A DNA stretch of 64,000 bases from Methanobacteriota archaeon (GTDB lineage Archaea > Halobacteriota > Bog-38 > Methanoflorentales > Methanoflorentaceae): NCBI GenBank assembly GCA_963719035.1, contig CAVRAO010000008.1, forward strand, positions 192,001 to 256,000, in the 5' to 3' direction. A program made the position numbers and the translations under genes. How positions within the stretch are numbered: the first letter of the stretch is position 1; each line of letters begins with the position of its first letter. The notes under the pieces are model-generated. The model was not told where the DNA came from. It did no database searches and saw only the letters and a list, made by a program, of their open reading frames with translations. This document shows positions 41,369 through 52,193 of the stretch, piece after piece.

Positions 41369-42316
41369 TTAGTCACGATTTAGCTGAACGCCAGGAACTG
41401 TTGATTCCTTGACGCCGATATACACCCATTGGTCGTAAATGCTGGTGTCGTCTTGGTTGTCTACTATCTGGCCTTTGATGCCTAAACCTTTCATTGTTTT
41501 GTCAATGAAATCAATTTCCTCTTTCTTGTGAACAGTGAACAGAAAAAGCCCTTCATTGACGATCGCCGCCGCTTCCGACAGTATTTTTTGCCAATCAGTT
41601 TTGTTAAACTCGTAGATAGCCCCCAACATAAAGCCGACTACGGATCTAAACTCGTGGTACTGAGCGAAATCATATTCTGAGAGATAACGGGCGTCCAACA
41701 CGGCCGTATTTTCTTTTCGCAGAGCGCCATGGAATAACCCCTCACAAATGGCGCATTTGTCGTTATCTAAAGCATAAACGTTGTATCCAAGATCGTAGAG
41801 CGCAGCGGTACCCATGCCATTTCCACAGCATATCTCGAGCATCTCTGCAGCGCCTAGATCAAAAAGAAGCTCAATTTTCGTCTTAAATAGCAATTGTAAG
41901 CGTTCATGACGCTCTGATGAGTATGCCAGTATACGCGAACGTCTACCGTCAGGACAGTCGCAAGATTCACCGCTTACCAGCAAATCGCACAAAAGCGTGA
42001 CTATAGCTCGATGAAAGTCAGCCGCCTCGACCATATAGGACTGTTTTTTATTGCATTTGGCCTCCTGAAGTAGCGCTTCGGCATAGCTTTCGAATTCAGG
42101 ATCAAACCTGACGATATCAGTTACGAGCGTCCAAAAGTCCTGCTTAAAGGCGACTCCACGAATTCGATCGTCGCAGATAAACGCTGTAGTTGCGTCAAGC
42201 GCCGAATCAAGCATCTCTGCAAGGAGATACTTCGAAAATGTGGTGTCTTTCAAGCCAGCGTACGTATTGTCAACGAGCAAGACGCTTGTAGTATTGAGCA
42301 CATGCTTCAGATCCAT
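41369..42316 (-). CDS. Hypothetical protein with class I SAM-methyltransferase-like C-terminal domain
   Basis: LEICCGNGMG motif I; co-oriented just downstream of pyrD. Confidence 0.7.
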   Translation of the reverse strand: MDLKHVLNTTSVLLVDNTYAGLKDTTFSKYLLAEMLDSALDATTAFICDDRIRGVAFKQDFWTLVTDIVRFDPEFESYAEALLQEAKCNKKQSYMVEAADFHRAIVTLLCDLLVSGESCDCPDGRRSRILAYSSERHERLQLLFKTKIELLFDLGAAEMLEICCGNGMGTAALYDLGYNVYALDNDKCAICEGLFHGALRKENTAVLDARYLSEYDFAQYHEFRSVVGFMLGAIYEFNKTDWQKILSEAAAIVNEGLFLFTVHKKEEIDFIDKTMKGLGIKGQIVDNQDDTSIYDQWVYIGVKESTVPGVQLNRD

Positions 42317-42317
42317 G

Positions 42318-43226
42318 TCAGTAACTCTTGTGTGCGATTCCGATTGCGTCTTCAAGTGTTAAACCCTTCGTGGACAGGTAACGGTCTATTCCGACTGCGA
42401 CGTGCTCAAATACCAACAGATCTCTGGCGACCGCCGACCCGATCTGAACGGCCCTAGCTCCTGCCATAATGAATTCTAATGCATCTTCGTAATTGCGAAT
42501 CCCGCCGACACCGATTACGGGGATGGTAAGGGCGCTGTATAAGTCATAAACGCATTTCACCGCGATAGGCTTTATCGCGCTTCCTGACAGCCCGCCAAAC
42601 ACGTTGCCTAAAACTGGCGTCGCGCTCTCGACATCAATCGCCATAGCCTTGACCGTATTAATAGCCACTACCGCATCGGCTCCGCCTTTTTCTGCTGCTT
42701 TGCCAAGTGCCGTGATATCGGTCACGTTAGGCGTGAGCTTGACCCATATCGGAATGTCAACGTGTGTGCTCACGGAATTAGTAATCGCTTCAACCGCCGC
42801 AGGCTCTGATCCGACTTCGATTCCGTAACCCTGAGCATGAGGACAGCTCAAATTGAGTTCTATCGCGTCGGCGTAATGGTAGAACTTTTCGGCCAGCTCC
42901 ACAAAGTCGTCGGCACAGTCGCCAAATATGCTTACGATTATCGGCGTTCGCTCCTCTTCAGTGCTCAGCGTCTCAAGTTCGTCCAAAAACGCAAGGCCCA
43001 TATTGGGTAGTCCCAGTGCGTTGAGGTACCCACCCGGAACCTCAGCGATTACCGGTCCTAGGTGACCTTCGCGTGACAGAAGTCCAATAGACTTAGTAAC
43101 AACGGCACCTGCCCCACACGACATGATCCGCCTTAGAGAAGATGCGGCGGATCCCATGATCCCAGCTGCGAGCATAGTTGGATTGTTGAGCGTTATTTTG
43201 CCGATTTCGATATTCAATTCTATCAC
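42318..43226 (-). CDS. pyrD: Dihydroorotate dehydrogenase (class 1B catalytic subunit)
   Basis: GAVVTKS, ELNLSCPH, VKLTPN, GGLSG..IKP, IGVGGI. Confidence 0.95.
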   Translation of the reverse strand: MIELNIEIGKITLNNPTMLAAGIMGSAASSLRRIMSCGAGAVVTKSIGLLSREGHLGPVIAEVPGGYLNALGLPNMGLAFLDELETLSTEEERTPIIVSIFGDCADDFVELAEKFYHYADAIELNLSCPHAQGYGIEVGSEPAAVEAITNSVSTHVDIPIWVKLTPNVTDITALGKAAEKGGADAVVAINTVKAMAIDVESATPVLGNVFGGLSGSAIKPIAVKCVYDLYSALTIPVIGVGGIRNYEDALEFIMAGARAVQIGSAVARDLLVFEHVAVGIDRYLSTKGLTLEDAIGIAHKSY

Positions 43227-43339
43227 AGCCAGCCGATAATCTATTATTCTGCCTCAAGATATATAGGATATCTATCAACAAGCTAAAGAGGCATCACTGT
43301 TCTTCGTTAGGAATAGCGACATCAATAGCCAAATAGGGT

Positions 43340-44227
43340 ATGACAATCCTCAAAACTTGGTTCGGAGAGGTCGAGCTGCACAATGACGCGATCGTTCGTT
43401 CAAACGTCTTGAAAGCGGACGTCGTCGCGATGGCATTGCAGCTTCAGAGAGGAGAATTTGCCGATTTTGAAAAGCATGCCAGGGGCCGTCTCAGGGAGAT
43501 GGCGATTCAACTCCAATTGGTCACGTCGGAGCACGACTACATTTCGCTCCTACGCACCGTTGCGATACAGCGTGCGAAAGAGCAGATAACCGCCGCGTTT
43601 GCTCGCCCAGACGCACGAATTATACAGCTAATCGGTGGAATCGATGATATCGACGAGTCGATAAACTTGCTCTCGGAACGCCTTTTGGAGTGGGATGTCC
43701 TCGAATTTGAAATATCGAGACCCGGGGACTTAACAGAAACTGACGCCTCCCCGGCAACCACATACCTGACGCTTAAGCACGAGTTTGTCAAATCCATCGA
43801 GCGACTAAGCGAACTGAGGAGGAAAATTGCCGGTGCCATTAAACTTGAGATGCGCGACATCGCTCCTAATCTCTGTTCTCTCGCTGGTGAACTTCTCGGC
43901 GCACGACTGATCGCTCGAGCCGGCGGATTAGAATCACTCGCGAGAATGCCAGCGAGCAAGATTCAAGTGATGGGTGCGTCTAAGGCGCTGTTCAAACATC
44001 TCCAGTATGGCGCAAAACCGCCTAAGCATGGACTCATATTTCAACATCCGTTGGTCCGCGGCAGTCCCTTAGACAAAAGAGGGAAGATTGCAAGGACAAT
44101 GGCCGCAAAACTAGCTATCGCCGCTCGCCTAGATTTTTATTCAAAAAAAGAGTATCCAGAACTTTTAGCTCAATTGGAAAAACGAGCAAGCGAGATTAAT
44201 AAGCCCACGATACACGACCAGACATGA
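43340..44227 (+). CDS. nop5: C/D box sRNP protein Nop5 (Nop56/58)
   Basis: IAPNL, LGARLI, PASKIQVMGA, PPKHGLIF. Confidence 0.92.
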   Translation: MTILKTWFGEVELHNDAIVRSNVLKADVVAMALQLQRGEFADFEKHARGRLREMAIQLQLVTSEHDYISLLRTVAIQRAKEQITAAFARPDARIIQLIGGIDDIDESINLLSERLLEWDVLEFEISRPGDLTETDASPATTYLTLKHEFVKSIERLSELRRKIAGAIKLEMRDIAPNLCSLAGELLGARLIARAGGLESLARMPASKIQVMGASKALFKHLQYGAKPPKHGLIFQHPLVRGSPLDKRGKIARTMAAKLAIAARLDFYSKKEYPELLAQLEKRASEINKPTIHDQT

Positions 44228-44850
44228 CGATAAGGGCCCACAAAGTTGCCGGAGTTTTTTTATTGAACTCGCATCTCGCCACGAAAGGTGAGGCTCTCTA
44301 TGGCGAGAAGATGTTTGGAGAATATCGGCTGTGGAATCCGCAAAGGAGTAAGCTAGCGGCATTATTGAAGAAAGAGGAGAATGTGCCGCTGAGACCGGAC
44401 CAGATTGTACTATACCTGGGGGCCGCGTCTGGTACGACGGTGTCATACATGGCCAACATCGTTTCACTCGTCTATGCCGTAGAGTTTGCGCCGCGTGTCG
44501 CTCGGGACCTTGTTCGCTTGTCAGAGCGCGTGAAAAATGTCGTGCCCTTAGTAGCTGATGCGCTCCAGCCTGACTACGGACACATTGTCGAACTGGTAGA
44601 TTTCCTATACCAAGATATTGCACAGCCGAGACAAGCTGAAATCGCTATTACCAACGCTGAAATGTTCTTGAAGACAGGCGGGTACGCTTGCATTATGATA
44701 AAAGCACGAAGCATAGACGTCACTGCAAAACCGAAGGCAGTGTATAAAGGAGAAGTGAAGAAACTTGAAGAGCTGCTGGACATTATGTGCGTACACGAGC
44801 TTGATCCGTTTTATAAGGCACACGCAGCAGTCATTGCTCGCTTGGCTTAG
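44224..44850 (+). CDS. flpA: Fibrillarin-like rRNA/tRNA 2'-O-methyltransferase
   Basis: WNPQRSKLAA, LYLGAASGTTVS, YQDIAQPRQ. Confidence 0.95.
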   Translation: MTIRAHKVAGVFLLNSHLATKGEALYGEKMFGEYRLWNPQRSKLAALLKKEENVPLRPDQIVLYLGAASGTTVSYMANIVSLVYAVEFAPRVARDLVRLSERVKNVVPLVADALQPDYGHIVELVDFLYQDIAQPRQAEIAITNAEMFLKTGGYACIMIKARSIDVTAKPKAVYKGEVKKLEELLDIMCVHELDPFYKAHAAVIARLA

Positions 44851-44984
44851 GTGACGCATAAGCAATTGATAACAAATCAGGTCTTTTTTTGCGGTGCCGT
44901 TAGTTTTTACGCCTTGCTCTAACCCAGCAAAACTTTTTAATGAAGCACGTGTATGCTAGATACAGCTGACATAAAGAGGATAGA

Positions 44985-45506
44985 ATGGCACGCAAACCAG
45001 CTAAGATGTACAGGAAGATTACAGGGCCCGCCTACACGAGGAAGTATTACATGGGGGGAATCCCTGGTAGCAGGATATCACAGTACGATACGGGCAACCT
45101 CAGTGGCGATTTTAAAGTGGCGGTATCGCTCACCGCTGACGAAGAATGCCAAATAAGACATACTGCTCTGGAAGCGGCCAGAATTGCCGCTAACCGGTAC
45201 CTGATGAAATCAACGGGTAGGTTGAATTTTAGACTTAAGCTGCGGCTGTACCCGCACCATGTGCTGCGAGAAAACAAGATGGCCACCGGTGCTGGCGCTG
45301 ATCGGGTTCAAGATGGAATGAGGGGAGCGTTCGGTAAGGCGGTAGGAACTGCCGCGCGTGTTCGCACTGACCAAAGAGTATTTACCGTGTACGTAAACCC
45401 GCTCAACTTCTTGAAAGCCAAAGAAGCGTTGCGCCGCGCTTCGATGAAAGTCCCGCCACCGTGCAGAATCGTCGTAGACGAAGGGCGTGAGCTAGTCAAG
45501 GTGTAA
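44985..45506 (+). CDS. rpl10e: 50S ribosomal protein uL16 (L10e)
   Basis: [29 protein letters not shown]. Confidence 0.96.
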   Translation: MARKPAKMYRKITGPAYTRKYYMGGIPGSRISQYDTGNLSGDFKVAVSLTADEECQIRHTALEAARIAANRYLMKSTGRLNFRLKLRLYPHHVLRENKMATGAGADRVQDGMRGAFGKAVGTAARVRTDQRVFTVYVNPLNFLKAKEALRRASMKVPPPCRIVVDEGRELVKV

Positions 45507-45555
45507 AGCTAAGCCACGGCCTCATTTCTTTCAATATGGTGCGAACAGCGAGAAG

Positions 45556-46179
45556 GTGAGTAGTACGGATAGTTATGAAAATTACTTGAACCGGGGAATG
45601 AAAAACCTACCTCAGACCACGGTAGACGCCGAGCGTTTTACGATACCTGTGCCCCGCGTGTTTATTGAAGGGCGAATGACTGTTTTTGAGAATTTCGGCG
45701 AGATCACCGACGTGCTGAATAGAAACCCCGAGCACCTGCTTAAGTTTCTCTTGCGAGAGCTTGCGACCGCTGGCAAAGTCGAGGGGGGGCGGGTCATTTT
45801 TCAAGGCAGATTCTCGCAGGAAATGATAGCCGGCATCATCGAGGACTACGTCTCCGAGTATGTCATCTGCTCAGAGTGCAACAGACCGGACACACATTTA
45901 ACGAAAAGTGATAGAACGGTCATGTTGAAATGCGACGCTTGTGGAGCCCACAGACCTATACGGAAACGCTACGTGAAGAAAGAGAGCGCGGCGAGTGCGC
46001 TTGAAGAGGGGAGTATCTACGAAGTACGCATCGAAGCAGTGGGCAAACGAGGCGATGGCATCGCCAAGATCGGCAAATACTCGCTGTTCGTTCCTGGCGC
46101 TCAGAAGGGGGATACCGTAAAGGTCCGCGTCAAAAAGATCTCAGGCACCCTCGCGTTTACCGAAAAAGTGCTGAGCTGA
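45556..46179 (+). CDS. eif2b: Translation initiation factor aIF-2 beta with C-terminal TRAM domain
   Basis: YVICSECNRPDT, CDACGA zinc ribbon; GKRGDGIAK TRAM. Confidence 0.94.
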   Translation: MSSTDSYENYLNRGMKNLPQTTVDAERFTIPVPRVFIEGRMTVFENFGEITDVLNRNPEHLLKFLLRELATAGKVEGGRVIFQGRFSQEMIAGIIEDYVSEYVICSECNRPDTHLTKSDRTVMLKCDACGAHRPIRKRYVKKESAASALEEGSIYEVRIEAVGKRGDGIAKIGKYSLFVPGAQKGDTVKVRVKKISGTLAFTEKVLS

Positions 46180-46197
46180 CACAGTCCGGAGACGACT

Positions 46198-46785
46198 ATG
46201 CGGCAGTTCATTGTAGTTGGACATAAAGCCGCCACGTCGGGAGATTTTACGCTTGATGATATGCCGGGCTCGGCAGGCCGTATTGATATATTGGCGCGCT
46301 GCGTTACCGCTGCATTTGTCACGTCGTTTGATATACGCCATGACACCCAAGTGTGCCTTGTACTGTTGGGGGAACCCGATCCGCCGAAGCTTATACGTTT
46401 TGAGGGCGCTGAATTGAGATACCTCAATCCTGACGAAAGGAGTGCTGGCGCGCTCATTAGGAAAGCCCTCCAAGTGAGGCTAGGCACGGGACCGCGACCG
46501 TCGACGCAGGGAGTTTACGTTGAGCGCGCCGGCCTCGTCGAAGCACTGCGTAACAGCGACGCATCTGTCCTTTTTTACCTTCACGAACACGGCAAAGACA
46601 TTCGAGGCGTGGATCTGCACGCAAACAACGTTGCTTTCATACTCGGAGATCATCTAGGCCTTTTTGAAGAGGAAGAGGCACAGCTCGGTGAAGCGCAAAC
46701 GATACGAGTCGGGCCAACTAAGCTCCACACAGATCAGTGCATAACGCTAATACACAACGAATTGGACAGATTATGTTCGACATAG
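46198..46785 (+). CDS. trmY: tRNA (pseudouridine54-N1)-methyltransferase
   Basis: GRIDILARC, LNPDERS, FILGDH, CITLIHNELD. Confidence 0.92.
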   Translation: MRQFIVVGHKAATSGDFTLDDMPGSAGRIDILARCVTAAFVTSFDIRHDTQVCLVLLGEPDPPKLIRFEGAELRYLNPDERSAGALIRKALQVRLGTGPRPSTQGVYVERAGLVEALRNSDASVLFYLHEHGKDIRGVDLHANNVAFILGDHLGLFEEEEAQLGEAQTIRVGPTKLHTDQCITLIHNELDRLCST

Positions 46786-47984
46786 TCGCCTCGATAATGG
46801 GGGAAGGACCCATTTGCGCTGACTGTCTCGGGCGACAGTTTGCAGAGCGCTCCACGCAACTTACGAACAAACAACGGGGGCAGGCAATCCGCGTTGTTGC
46901 GGCAATGCTGAATAACACACCAGTCAACGCTGAAGAATGGGAAGCTGCAGACGACGGCTGCTGGGTTTGCGGAGGTCTGTTTGGGCGTCTCGATTCGTGG
47001 GTTGACCGCTGCCTTGAGCAGCTCCAAGACTACGAGTTCTCCACTTTTCTCGTGGGCACCAAACTGTCTGGCAGGTTGGCCGAAAATGAGGAGATCTTAT
47101 GGGCTGAATCCAAAACAACGGCAGCAGAACCACTTAAATCTGCCTTAAACAGAGAATTGGGAAAGCGGATCGAGGTTCTCACTGGCAAAAGGGCCGAATT
47201 CAGCAAGCCAGAGATCCTGCTCATCGTCGACTTGGCACGAGACAAGATTGAACTCCACGTTAATCCGCTATTCCTGTATGGGCGGTATAAAAAGTTCGTA
47301 CGGGGCATCCCGCAGACGAGATGGCCATGCCGCGATTGTGGCGGAAAAGGCTGTCCAAAGTGCAACCTAACGGGTAAAACATACCAGGAATCTGTTCAGG
47401 AACTCATTGGGACTTACGTTCTTGACGTAAGCTTCGGAAAGGACGTCGTTCTTCACGGGGCTGGCAGAGAAGATATTGACGCGCTCATGCTTGGAAACGG
47501 CCGGCCATTTGTCTTGGAGGTGAGGTCTCCCCGTAAGAGACAAATAGACCTACAACAGCTAGAACACGCTGTCAACTCATCTCAGGAAAAAGTTGCCGTT
47601 AGCGAGCTCGCATTTGTCGACCACGAAACGGTTGTAAAAGTGAAGAACACGCGGTCGGATAAAGTTTATAGGCTTAAAGTGACATACGACCATCCGATCC
47701 AACCGGAGAAGCTACAAAAAGCCTTGCTGCAACTTGAAGGCGATGTTGAACAAACCACGCCTCAAAGAGTGGTTCATCGTCGTGCAGAGTTAAAAAGGAT
47801 CAAAAAAGTATATTCCGCTGAACTGAGAGGGGAGGATATAGTCATTCGGTGTGAGGGTGGGCTTTACGTAAAGGAATTGATATCTGGTGACGACAAACGC
47901 ACCACCCCAAGCCTTTCAGCCCTTTTAGGCGTAAATGCAAAAGTTGAAGAGCTTGATGTTCTGGAAGTTAGAGGGGGTCTCTAA
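46773..47984 (+). CDS. pus10: tRNA pseudouridine 54/55 synthase Pus10
   Basis: [44 protein letters not shown]. Confidence 0.94.
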   Translation: MFDIVASIMGEGPICADCLGRQFAERSTQLTNKQRGQAIRVVAAMLNNTPVNAEEWEAADDGCWVCGGLFGRLDSWVDRCLEQLQDYEFSTFLVGTKLSGRLAENEEILWAESKTTAAEPLKSALNRELGKRIEVLTGKRAEFSKPEILLIVDLARDKIELHVNPLFLYGRYKKFVRGIPQTRWPCRDCGGKGCPKCNLTGKTYQESVQELIGTYVLDVSFGKDVVLHGAGREDIDALMLGNGRPFVLEVRSPRKRQIDLQQLEHAVNSSQEKVAVSELAFVDHETVVKVKNTRSDKVYRLKVTYDHPIQPEKLQKALLQLEGDVEQTTPQRVVHRRAELKRIKKVYSAELRGEDIVIRCEGGLYVKELISGDDKRTTPSLSALLGVNAKVEELDVLEVRGGL

Positions 47985-48283
47985 TGCCAAGGTCACATGG
48001 TGAGCGAAGAAAGACGCGATACAAACTGAAGAAGAGCATACGTGAACGGGGTATCGCTCCTGTTAGTCACGCAATACGGAGCTTTGAATCTGGACAGAGA
48101 GTTCATATCGACCTCGACCCAAGCGTCCACAAAGGGATGCCCAATCCAAAATTCCATGGAAGGACTGGTACAGTAGTGGAGCAACGTGGCAACGCCTACG
48201 TGGTGAAAGTGACTGACGGCAACGCAGTTAAAACGATAATTGCTCGTCCACAGCATTTGAAAGTGCAGAAGCAGATATTATGA
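47984..48283 (+). CDS. rpl21e: 50S ribosomal protein eL21
   Basis: [18 protein letters not shown]. Confidence 0.96.
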   Translation: MPRSHGERRKTRYKLKKSIRERGIAPVSHAIRSFESGQRVHIDLDPSVHKGMPNPKFHGRTGTVVEQRGNAYVVKVTDGNAVKTIIARPQHLKVQKQIL

Positions 48284-48624
48284 TCGTAAAGACCGTTTTG
48301 GAGGAGGAGGGGCTAACGCTTTCTGAGGTCAAAGAGATTTTCGTTGAACTAACGACCCCCCGTTCTGAAGAAGAGTTCACGTATGAATTTAGACGAGCGC
48401 TAGACCACGTCAATACTTTCGCAAAACTCACGGCTTCACAATCGAGGCAACTCGTTGACGAGCTAAAGGGCCTTGAAAAGATGAAAGCGGAGATCGCAAT
48501 TCGAATTGCCGATATCATACCGCTTTCTAAAGATGAGGTACGGTCTATTTACGCAAAAGAACGGTTCTCGCTTACAGAGGCAGAACTCGACGAAATACTC
48601 GATATTATCGCACGCTTTTATTAA
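48280..48624 (+). CDS. rpoF: RNA polymerase subunit Rpo4 (F)
   Basis: [18 protein letters not shown]; canonical position. Confidence 0.92.
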   Translation: MIVKTVLEEEGLTLSEVKEIFVELTTPRSEEEFTYEFRRALDHVNTFAKLTASQSRQLVDELKGLEKMKAEIAIRIADIIPLSKDEVRSIYAKERFSLTEAELDEILDIIARFY

Positions 48625-48641
48625 GGTGTGAGGCGAGGAAG

Positions 48642-49199
48642 ATGAGAGGGGAGAGGGAGCAATATGTCCGCGTTTTAGACTACTTACCGCACGGGCACCC
48701 TGACGATCCTCATCCAGTTTATAAGAAGAAACCAATTGTGCACGTCGTTGGTGAGGGCAACTTTACACTCCTCGAACTCGTACCCTGTGAGGGTTTCTTT
48801 CCGCAATCTTATGACCGCCTTTATATCGGGGAAGAGGACCGAAGCGAGATTGATCACGTCAAAAGGCGAGTGAGCTACAAAGAGCTCACACACGGCGCGA
48901 AAGTGGAATTGCCGTACACGCTTGAGATGATAGTTAAAGAGCAAGAGCCAAGGTTCGTGGATTTCTTCAATGAAGCGCAGCCTATAACAACGCGTCTACA
49001 CACCATAGCGCTTCTCCCAGGTGTAGGTAAGAAGCTCATGTGGCAGATTCTCTCGGAACGCAAAAAAAGGCCCTTCGATAGTTTCGAAGATATCTCGCAT
49101 AGAATCAAAGGATTATATCACCCTGAAAAAGTAATCGCGAAAAGAATAGAAGAAGAACTTAAAGACGAACACGCTAAATATAAGTTTTTTGCGAAATAA
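48642..49199 (+). CDS. DUF655 putative RNA-binding protein
   Basis: VLDYLPHG, FTLLEL, ITTRLH..LLPGVGKK. Confidence 0.9.
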   Translation: MRGEREQYVRVLDYLPHGHPDDPHPVYKKKPIVHVVGEGNFTLLELVPCEGFFPQSYDRLYIGEEDRSEIDHVKRRVSYKELTHGAKVELPYTLEMIVKEQEPRFVDFFNEAQPITTRLHTIALLPGVGKKLMWQILSERKKRPFDSFEDISHRIKGLYHPEKVIAKRIEEELKDEHAKYKFFAK

Positions 49200-49226
49200 C
49201 GATAGGCGCGACGGCTCAAACATTCA

Positions 49227-50042
49227 ATGCCCCGTGAAGTCGATAGGAAAAATCATAAGGCTAAATGGGGTCAGCACTTCTTAGTAGATGATCTGATTAT
49301 TGAAAGGATACTCAGCTATGCTGACATTCAGCCAACTGAAACGATCTTAGAAATTGGTGGAGGTACCGGAAACTTAACCAGGAAGCTCGCAAGAAAATGC
49401 CGAAAACTTTCGGTCATTGAAGCAGATTGGCGCCTAGTTGAGCGGCTTCGTACAATTCCGGGCGTCGAAGTCCTTCATGGCGACGCTCTGAGGCTAGAGT
49501 TTCCACCGTTTGACAAGACGGTCTCAAACTTACCATATCAGATATCGTCTCAAGTTACTTTCAAACTACTGGAGCATCCGTTCGTATGCGGAGTTCTGAT
49601 GTACCAAAAAGAGTTTGCAGAACGAATGGTGGCAGTGCCCGGCACAAAGAATTACAGCCGCCTTACTGTTTGCCTAAGTTACAAGTCACAAGTTGAAGTA
49701 TTGGAGCACGTCCCGAGCACCGCATTCATTCCGCGACCACGGGTCGATTCAGCTATCGTCAAACTGACCCCAGTGAGACCACAATTTGACGTGCTTGATG
49801 AGATTTTCTTCCACGCCTTCGTTCGCGCGCTTTTTACGCAGAGACGTAAACGGCTTAAAGCTGCACTCGTTATAGCAGCACGGCTGCTAAACGTGCAAGC
49901 CGTGGACCAACTTATCGCTAAGCTTCCGCAACGTTGTCTACAGCTACGGCCGTATGAACTACCTCCCGAAAAAATTGCAGCGTTGTCGGATGATTTTTTT
50001 AACATTGAGCCAACTATAAAAAAAGGAACCAAAACCACATAG
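49227..50042 (+). CDS. rsmA: 16S rRNA adenine dimethyltransferase
   Basis: GQHFL, LEIGGGTG, SNLPYQIS, QKEFAERM. Confidence 0.95.
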   Translation: MPREVDRKNHKAKWGQHFLVDDLIIERILSYADIQPTETILEIGGGTGNLTRKLARKCRKLSVIEADWRLVERLRTIPGVEVLHGDALRLEFPPFDKTVSNLPYQISSQVTFKLLEHPFVCGVLMYQKEFAERMVAVPGTKNYSRLTVCLSYKSQVEVLEHVPSTAFIPRPRVDSAIVKLTPVRPQFDVLDEIFFHAFVRALFTQRRKRLKAALVIAARLLNVQAVDQLIAKLPQRCLQLRPYELPPEKIAALSDDFFNIEPTIKKGTKTT

Positions 50043-50064
50043 TCTGTGGGTCACGATTGGAGCT

Positions 50065-50688
50065 ATGGTTTTAGATACCCACTCAACAGCCAAAAGGATA
50101 GGCTACCGTGGAGAACAATTAGAGTTGCTGGCGAACGTGTATGAACCGTGTGACGATACGTTTCTACTCGCCGACGTCGCGCTCGACGTGGTGCGTCCCA
50201 CTGACTCGGTCTTGGAAGTAGGCACTGGCTGCGGGCTAATCGCCAAAGTTGTGGCAGGTTTAGCTCATAGCGTGATAGCGACTGACATAAATCCACAAGC
50301 TGTCGAAAATGCCACTTTAAACGGCGTTGAAGCAATTCAGGGCGATCTTTTTTGCAACCTCAATCGTCGATTTGATTTGATCATCTTTAATCCGCCTTAC
50401 CTCCCCACAGATACCAATGTGCCGTGTAACTGGCTAACCCGGGCCTGGGATGGTGGCCCCACAGGTCGGGAGGTAATAATGCGTTTTCTCACACAAGTTA
50501 ACAGACACTTAACCAACCGAGGGAGCGTGCTTATAACGATCTCATCGCTCACAGGTTACCGAGAAGTCACGGAGAGAATGAAAGCGCAGTTTGAGATTGT
50601 GAGAAGTCTTGCTGATCGCAAGGTCTTTTTTGAGACGCTGTATATACTCCTAGGCGCTAAATTACGAACGTTGCCAGAGCAAGAATAA
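50065..50688 (+). CDS. HemK2/MTQ2-family protein methyltransferase
   Basis: VYEPCDDTFLL, LEVGTGCG, FNPPY, WDGG. Confidence 0.9.
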   Translation: MVLDTHSTAKRIGYRGEQLELLANVYEPCDDTFLLADVALDVVRPTDSVLEVGTGCGLIAKVVAGLAHSVIATDINPQAVENATLNGVEAIQGDLFCNLNRRFDLIIFNPPYLPTDTNVPCNWLTRAWDGGPTGREVIMRFLTQVNRHLTNRGSVLITISSLTGYREVTERMKAQFEIVRSLADRKVFFETLYILLGAKLRTLPEQE

Positions 50689-50703
50689 ACTGTCAATACT
50701 TAC

Positions 50704-51243
50704 TCAAAAAGGGTTTAGAAACTTAGATAACAGAATTTCATCGACGTAGGTGCTGTCGTTCAATCGTCCTTTCTTTAGTCTTCTCCCCTCATAGTCATAA
50801 TCCAAGGACTTATACAGTGCCGCTGCCGGGTTTCCATCGTAAAAATTAACCTCGATTTTCTTAATGCCCTGATCGCGAGCGATCTGCTCCAGTGCAGCAA
50901 TCAGCTGTTTGCCAAGACCTTTTCGCTGAAAATCAGGGTGAACTGCAACACCAAAAGAAGCGACGTGAGAGGATCGTGACTGAGGTTCGTTTAAGTTCAG
51001 AGTCGCAGAACCTATGATTTTGTCTTTGTGGAGACTAAGCACCGTAACCTTGTTTCTGTCGAGGTTGTCCAGCCACTGTGCCTTGTTGTCGATGAGATCC
51101 TCCAACTTATATTGCTTAGCAAGAAACTTATCGACTTTGCATAGCCACGCGTATAGGTATTCATACCTCCCACAGTCGTAATCATCCTCACGCGCGACTT
51201 TTAGGTCAACAATGGTCCCATCATCAAGTGTGACGTGTCTCAT
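50704..51243 (-). CDS. GNAT-family N-acetyltransferase
   Basis: VHPDFQRKGLG acetyl-CoA motif, N.AAALYKSL. Confidence 0.88.
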   Translation of the reverse strand: MRHVTLDDGTIVDLKVAREDDYDCGRYEYLYAWLCKVDKFLAKQYKLEDLIDNKAQWLDNLDRNKVTVLSLHKDKIIGSATLNLNEPQSRSSHVASFGVAVHPDFQRKGLGKQLIAALEQIARDQGIKKIEVNFYDGNPAAALYKSLDYDYEGRRLKKGRLNDSTYVDEILLSKFLNPF

Positions 51244-51259
51244 CGATCTGATTTAGCAA

Positions 51260-51544
51260 TCAGGCAAGCCACTCAGATTGCAGCCTCACAAGTCCCAGCA
51301 GCGTTTCAAACTCGTCTTTTAACCTTAATGAAGCATCCCTCAGCGCTTTCAACGGATCCTTGGATTCGGTTTTTATATAGAATATTGGATTGCTTATCAT
51401 CGGGTGCTTTATATCGTAAGTAGCACTTTCGACGTGCGGGTCTTGAAGGAGCGAGTGTTTTAAGACGTTCAAGAATGTATGGCCCTGATCAAGAAATTCT
51501 ATCTCAGCTTCGTCCTTTGTGACGCGAATAATCTTGAGATTCAT
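51260..51544 (-). CDS. rpoL: RNA polymerase subunit Rpo11 (L)
   Basis: GHTFLNVL, ATYDIKHP. Confidence 0.93.
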   Translation of the reverse strand: MNLKIIRVTKDEAEIEFLDQGHTFLNVLKHSLLQDPHVESATYDIKHPMISNPIFYIKTESKDPLKALRDASLRLKDEFETLLGLVRLQSEWLA

Positions 51545-51594
51545 TGTAAAAAGCCCTGTCAAAGAATGCGTACCGCAAAAACAGTCATCGATGT

Positions 51595-52152
51595 TTAGAT
51601 TATGCCCGTTCCATAGTCTTCTGAGATCTTACGCGTTTCGATCCGTTCACAACTCGGACATTCAAGCTTGTGTTGCTTCCGCACGAGCGGCGTTCGACAT
51701 CTCGCACAGAGCGCCTTAACCACGCCTAGATCCTTTTCAACAGTGCTCAACCTTAAACTCTTTTCGTCTATTACTCTCGCCTTTATGATATCCTGTTGGT
51801 TAAATTCCGTATCAAGTTTTGCAACGTAAGAATCCTTAACGTTTGAAATATGAATAGCACCTTGATCTGCGTTCGCAATTTCGCGGTTTTCTTGGCCTTT
51901 TATTCGAGCAATATCGACAAGGACGACAGCGTTCTTGAGGTCGACGACACGCCCGACCACAATGTCTCCCACTTTTAAGACCGGCGGGGTCTTCATCACA
52001 GGCAGCACCCGAACTGTTCTGTCTTCCTTGTTGATTTCAACTTTCCCTGTTATTGCAGCGAATATCTTGCCTCTTTCTTCATAAGTCCCTTCTTCTGCCA
52101 AGTATTCCTCTGAGGCACCTATAAGGTCCCCTGGAACGACTATATCGGTCAT
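51595..52152 (-). CDS. csl4: Exosome RNA-binding subunit Csl4
   Basis: VVPGD, IHISNV, LGVVKALC..C, CPSC..ETRK. Confidence 0.94.
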   Translation of the reverse strand: MTDIVVPGDLIGASEEYLAEEGTYEERGKIFAAITGKVEINKEDRTVRVLPVMKTPPVLKVGDIVVGRVVDLKNAVVLVDIARIKGQENREIANADQGAIHISNVKDSYVAKLDTEFNQQDIIKARVIDEKSLRLSTVEKDLGVVKALCARCRTPLVRKQHKLECPSCERIETRKISEDYGTGII

Positions 52153-52193
52153 TTCTTACCCTTTCCTTCCTGTCCCAGATTCAAATAAGTAAA

